In this document: positions 61,220-64,000 of the stretch, piece by piece
Layout: each line of letters begins with the position of its first letter
Numbering within the stretch: position 1 is the first letter of the stretch
Source: Sedimentisphaerales bacterium
GTDB taxonomy: Bacteria > Planctomycetota > Phycisphaerae > Sedimentisphaerales > SM23-30
Length of the DNA stretch: 64,000 nt
Direction: 5' to 3'
Assembly (NCBI GenBank): GCA_963663965.2
Contig: CAXXFK010000024.1
Location: 32,001-96,000 of the forward strand
Translations under genes and position numbers: made by a program
Notes under the pieces: model-generated
The model's database searches: none
What the model was told of the DNA's origin: nothing
What the model saw: the letters and a program-made list of their open reading frames with translations, nothing else

Positions 61220-63397
61220 ATGAAAAAAGTTTTTAATGTATCAAACCGCCTCCCGGTAACAATCGGTAAAACTATTCGGAAATCAGCCGGTGGCCTTGTC
61301 ACCGCTATGGAAGGCATCCAGAATGATTATCGTCTCCAATGGGTAGGCTGGCCCGGCAATGTGATTGGCTCATCGCGCCAAAACGATATCCGTACCCACC
61401 TGCATGACGATTATGGCTATATTCCAGTATTTCTCTCTCACCATCAAATTGAATGCTATTATAATGGATTTTCCAATTCTACGCTTTGGCCATTGTTCCA
61501 TTATATGCCCAATTTTACCCGTTTCAATGAAGAATGGTATGCCCACTATATTAAGGTCAACAAGGCTTTTGCCGATATAATTATTGAAAACGCTGTTCAG
61601 AATGATTTGATCTGGATCCACGATTATCACTTGATGCTTCTACCGGGTATGTTACGCGATAGAAACTCCAATTTAAAAATTGGCTATTTTCTCCACACCC
61701 CGTTTCCATCTTACGAAGTTTTCCGTTGTCACCCCAATCGTGAAGCTCTGTTACACGGATTGCTGGGCGCCGATCTGATTGGTTTTCACACTTTTGGATA
61801 TCTACGCCATTTTCGCAGCACTCTTTTGCGAATCTTAGGACTGGAGTCTGAAATTGACAGTATCCTCAGCGAAAACCATCGCACTCATTTCGGGGTCTAT
61901 CCCATTGGTATCGATGCCCAGAAATTTCAAAAAGAACTCAATAGCCGCACCCATCGCAAATACCTCAATAAATACCGTGACATATTCCAGAATCGAAAGG
62001 TCGTTCTAAGTGTGGAACGGCTGGATTACACCAAGGGAATTCCACGAAAGCTTGATGCCATCGAACTGTTTCTGCAGCGTCATGAGCATCCGGAAGATAT
62101 TGTATTCATTTTTGTCATGGTGCCTTCACGCGGTGAAGTGGAAGAATATCAGCAATTGCTGAATACTGTCGAACTGCGTATCAGTCAGATTAATGGCAAA
62201 TATTCCACCATCACTAATATTCCATTGCATTTTATGCACCAATCCGTGTCGTTCAGCGAGTTGTGCGCATTATACGCGCTGGCCGATGTTTGCATGGTTA
62301 CACCTTTGGTAGATGGCATGAACCTGGTAGCCAAAGAATATATCGCTTGTCAGAAAAACAATTTTGGCGTGTTGATTCTCAGTGAGTTTGCCGGAGCCGC
62401 CCAGGAATTATTCAGCGCGATCATCGTAAATCCTTATAATATTGATCAGGTATCCAATGCCATTGAACAGGCGATCGAAATGACCGATGACGAAAAGGAA
62501 CAACGCAATCAGCCTATGGCTAAACGCATCCTTCGCTATAACGCCAAACACTGGGCAAAAACGTTTATCGATGACCTGAGCGATTGCAGTTCCAGTTCTG
62601 AATCGGATATAACCCGCTCAGCCGCACTGGAGACAATCAAACCTTTCATTCACGCCCAGAAAATCGCCCTGTTTTTAGATTACGACGGGACGCTGTGCGA
62701 AATCCGCAAAAAACCTGAAGATGCCGCACCTAACCGCGCCATAAAGGCTCTTTTTGAATTAATGGTCCAATGCCATTCGGTAGACTTTTATCTCATCAGT
62801 GGTCGCAGTAAACCCGACATGCAGAACTGGTTCTTTGAGTATCCCTTTACCCTGATCTGCGAACACGGTTTTTTCTATCGTCTGCCCAGTGATACGAAAT
62901 GGCAGTTTTTCAATTCGGATGCCGATCTGTCCTGGAAAGAACAGGTTTCAGAAATTTTCGAGTTGTATTGCGAAATGACTCCTGGAAGTTTTATTGAAAC
63001 CAAAACCGCTTCGATCGTCTGGCATTACCGTCAGGCCGATCCGGAATTCGGCAGTTGGAAAGCCAATCAGCTGATGGTCGAACTTTACGAAATGCTCTCA
63101 AACCTGCCGGTGGAAATCCATCATGGCAAAAAAATTGTGGAAGTCTGCTCCACCCAGATCAGCAAAGGTCGTGCCGTTGAATATTTCCTGCAACAACACG
63201 CCTACGACAGGGTTTTGTGTGCCGGCGACGATCTGACCGATGAGAGTATGTTCCGTCTAAAACGACCGGAAATTATCAGTCTGAAAATCGGCTCTGGCAA
63301 CACCCTGGCCCAGTATAAAATTCCCACCCCCCAGCAGTTTCGTGAATATCTGCAAAAATTCATCTCGGCAAAAATCAACCGCGACAAGGAAATCTGA
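61220..63397 (+). CDS. Bifunctional trehalose-6-phosphate synthase/phosphatase (OtsA-OtsB fusion)
   Basis: VSNRLP, GGLVTA, WIHDYHL, HTPFPS, RLDYTKG, DGMNLVAKEY (GT20); HAD motifs FLDYDGTL and GDDLTDE. Start could also be 61211. Confidence 0.93.
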   Translation: MKKVFNVSNRLPVTIGKTIRKSAGGLVTAMEGIQNDYRLQWVGWPGNVIGSSRQNDIRTHLHDDYGYIPVFLSHHQIECYYNGFSNSTLWPLFHYMPNFTRFNEEWYAHYIKVNKAFADIIIENAVQNDLIWIHDYHLMLLPGMLRDRNSNLKIGYFLHTPFPSYEVFRCHPNREALLHGLLGADLIGFHTFGYLRHFRSTLLRILGLESEIDSILSENHRTHFGVYPIGIDAQKFQKELNSRTHRKYLNKYRDIFQNRKVVLSVERLDYTKGIPRKLDAIELFLQRHEHPEDIVFIFVMVPSRGEVEEYQQLLNTVELRISQINGKYSTITNIPLHFMHQSVSFSELCALYALADVCMVTPLVDGMNLVAKEYIACQKNNFGVLILSEFAGAAQELFSAIIVNPYNIDQVSNAIEQAIEMTDDEKEQRNQPMAKRILRYNAKHWAKTFIDDLSDCSSSSESDITRSAALETIKPFIHAQKIALFLDYDGTLCEIRKKPEDAAPNRAIKALFELMVQCHSVDFYLISGRSKPDMQNWFFEYPFTLICEHGFFYRLPSDTKWQFFNSDADLSWKEQVSEIFELYCEMTPGSFIETKTASIVWHYRQADPEFGSWKANQLMVELYEMLSNLPVEIHHGKKIVEVCSTQISKGRAVEYFLQQHAYDRVLCAGDDLTDESMFRLKRPEIISLKIGSGNTLAQYKIPTPQQFREYLQKFISAKINRDKEI

Positions 63398-63402
63398 CAA
63401 TC

Positions 63403-64000
63403 ATGCTTAAAGACAACCTGGATTATGGTGTTATCGGAAACGGGCGCAGCGCCGCCCTGGTTTCCCATAAGGGCACACTCGAATGGTGCTGCCTGCCCGA
63501 TTTCGACTCCCCTTCGTTCTTTGCCAATATCCTGGATGAAGAGGTTGGTGGCGAATTCGCCATTGAGGTAGATGATACTTATACTATCGCCCAACAATAT
63601 CTCCCCCGGACTAACATCCTGATTACAACCTTTAAAAGCCAGCAACATGCTTTTGAAATATTGGATTGCATGCCCAGATATCGCAATAACCATAACCGGA
63701 TTCACTATCCGCCAGATATCATCCGTTATTTTCGGGTACTGACGGGCCGGCCACACTTTCGACTTCGATACCAACCCCGTCCCTGTTTCGGGCAATTTAA
63801 AACCAGAACCGAAGTTCGCGGTGACTATATCAAAACCAGCACGGAAAATGGTTCTTATGAATCTATTTATCTCTATTCCAGTTTCAATCTGACCTCCATC
63901 GCTTCAGGCAGTGAGATTGTTCTGACTGATGACAGCTACTGTATGATCAGTTATAATCAGAAAATCGGCAGTATGGATGCCGACAACATCCATCTTGAAC
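63403..64000 (+). CDS. GH15-family glycoside hydrolase (trehalase/glucoamylase-like), N-terminal part; runs off the window
   Basis: Missing from the ORF track. Translates MLKDNLDYGVIGNGRSAALVSHKGTLEWCCLPDFDSPSFFANILD..., the typical GH15 N-terminal signature. Confidence 0.85.
   Translation, partial: MLKDNLDYGVIGNGRSAALVSHKGTLEWCCLPDFDSPSFFANILDEEVGGEFAIEVDDTYTIAQQYLPRTNILITTFKSQQHAFEILDCMPRYRNNHNRIHYPPDIIRYFRVLTGRPHFRLRYQPRPCFGQFKTRTEVRGDYIKTSTENGSYESIYLYSSFNLTSIASGSEIVLTDDSYCMISYNQKIGSMDADNIHLE

Noticed and set aside
63202..63795. 197-aa minus-strand ORF
   Set aside because: Antisense to the TPS-TPP end and the GH15 start.

Overview
Bacterial chromosomal window with no rRNA, tRNA, CRISPR array, transposase or integrase that I can recognise. 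The gene content suggests a polysaccharide-degrading planctomycete, probably Phycisphaerae/Sedimentisphaerales-like (inference). It includes a prepilin/H-X9-DG-type protein, Tat-exported sulfatases and Gfo/Idh/MocA proteins, secreted LamG/Ig proteins with dockerin-like tails, and an HTH_17-REC regulator. About 1-50 kb is glycan catabolism: a frameshifted LacZ-type GH2; two paralogous pairs of secreted LamG/Ig proteins; a ~17 kb ten-gene HexNAc/fucose run (GH109, NagB-PIG-L fusion, GH20, NahK-like kinase, SSS transporter, GH29, CBM9-like, tdh, GH2, kbl) divergent from an AraC regulator; three sulfatases; and a TRAP+USP operon with frameshifted dctP. About 50-64 kb is more core-like: sdaA, STAS, an SDR relic, rlmN, ahcY, an HTH-REC/HDOD-kinase/pseudo-REC-GAF cluster, a TPS-TPP fusion and a partial GH15. 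Best leads: (1) a repeated two-gene LamG/Ig module with a Cys-bracketed half-dockerin tail and enriched DPN tripeptides heading the glycan loci; (2) a 9-bp-periodic direct-repeat array over the promoter of the excisionase/BldC-like HTH-REC regulator; (3) threonine catabolism genes interleaved with glycosidases. All calls come from reading motifs by eye; no searches were run.
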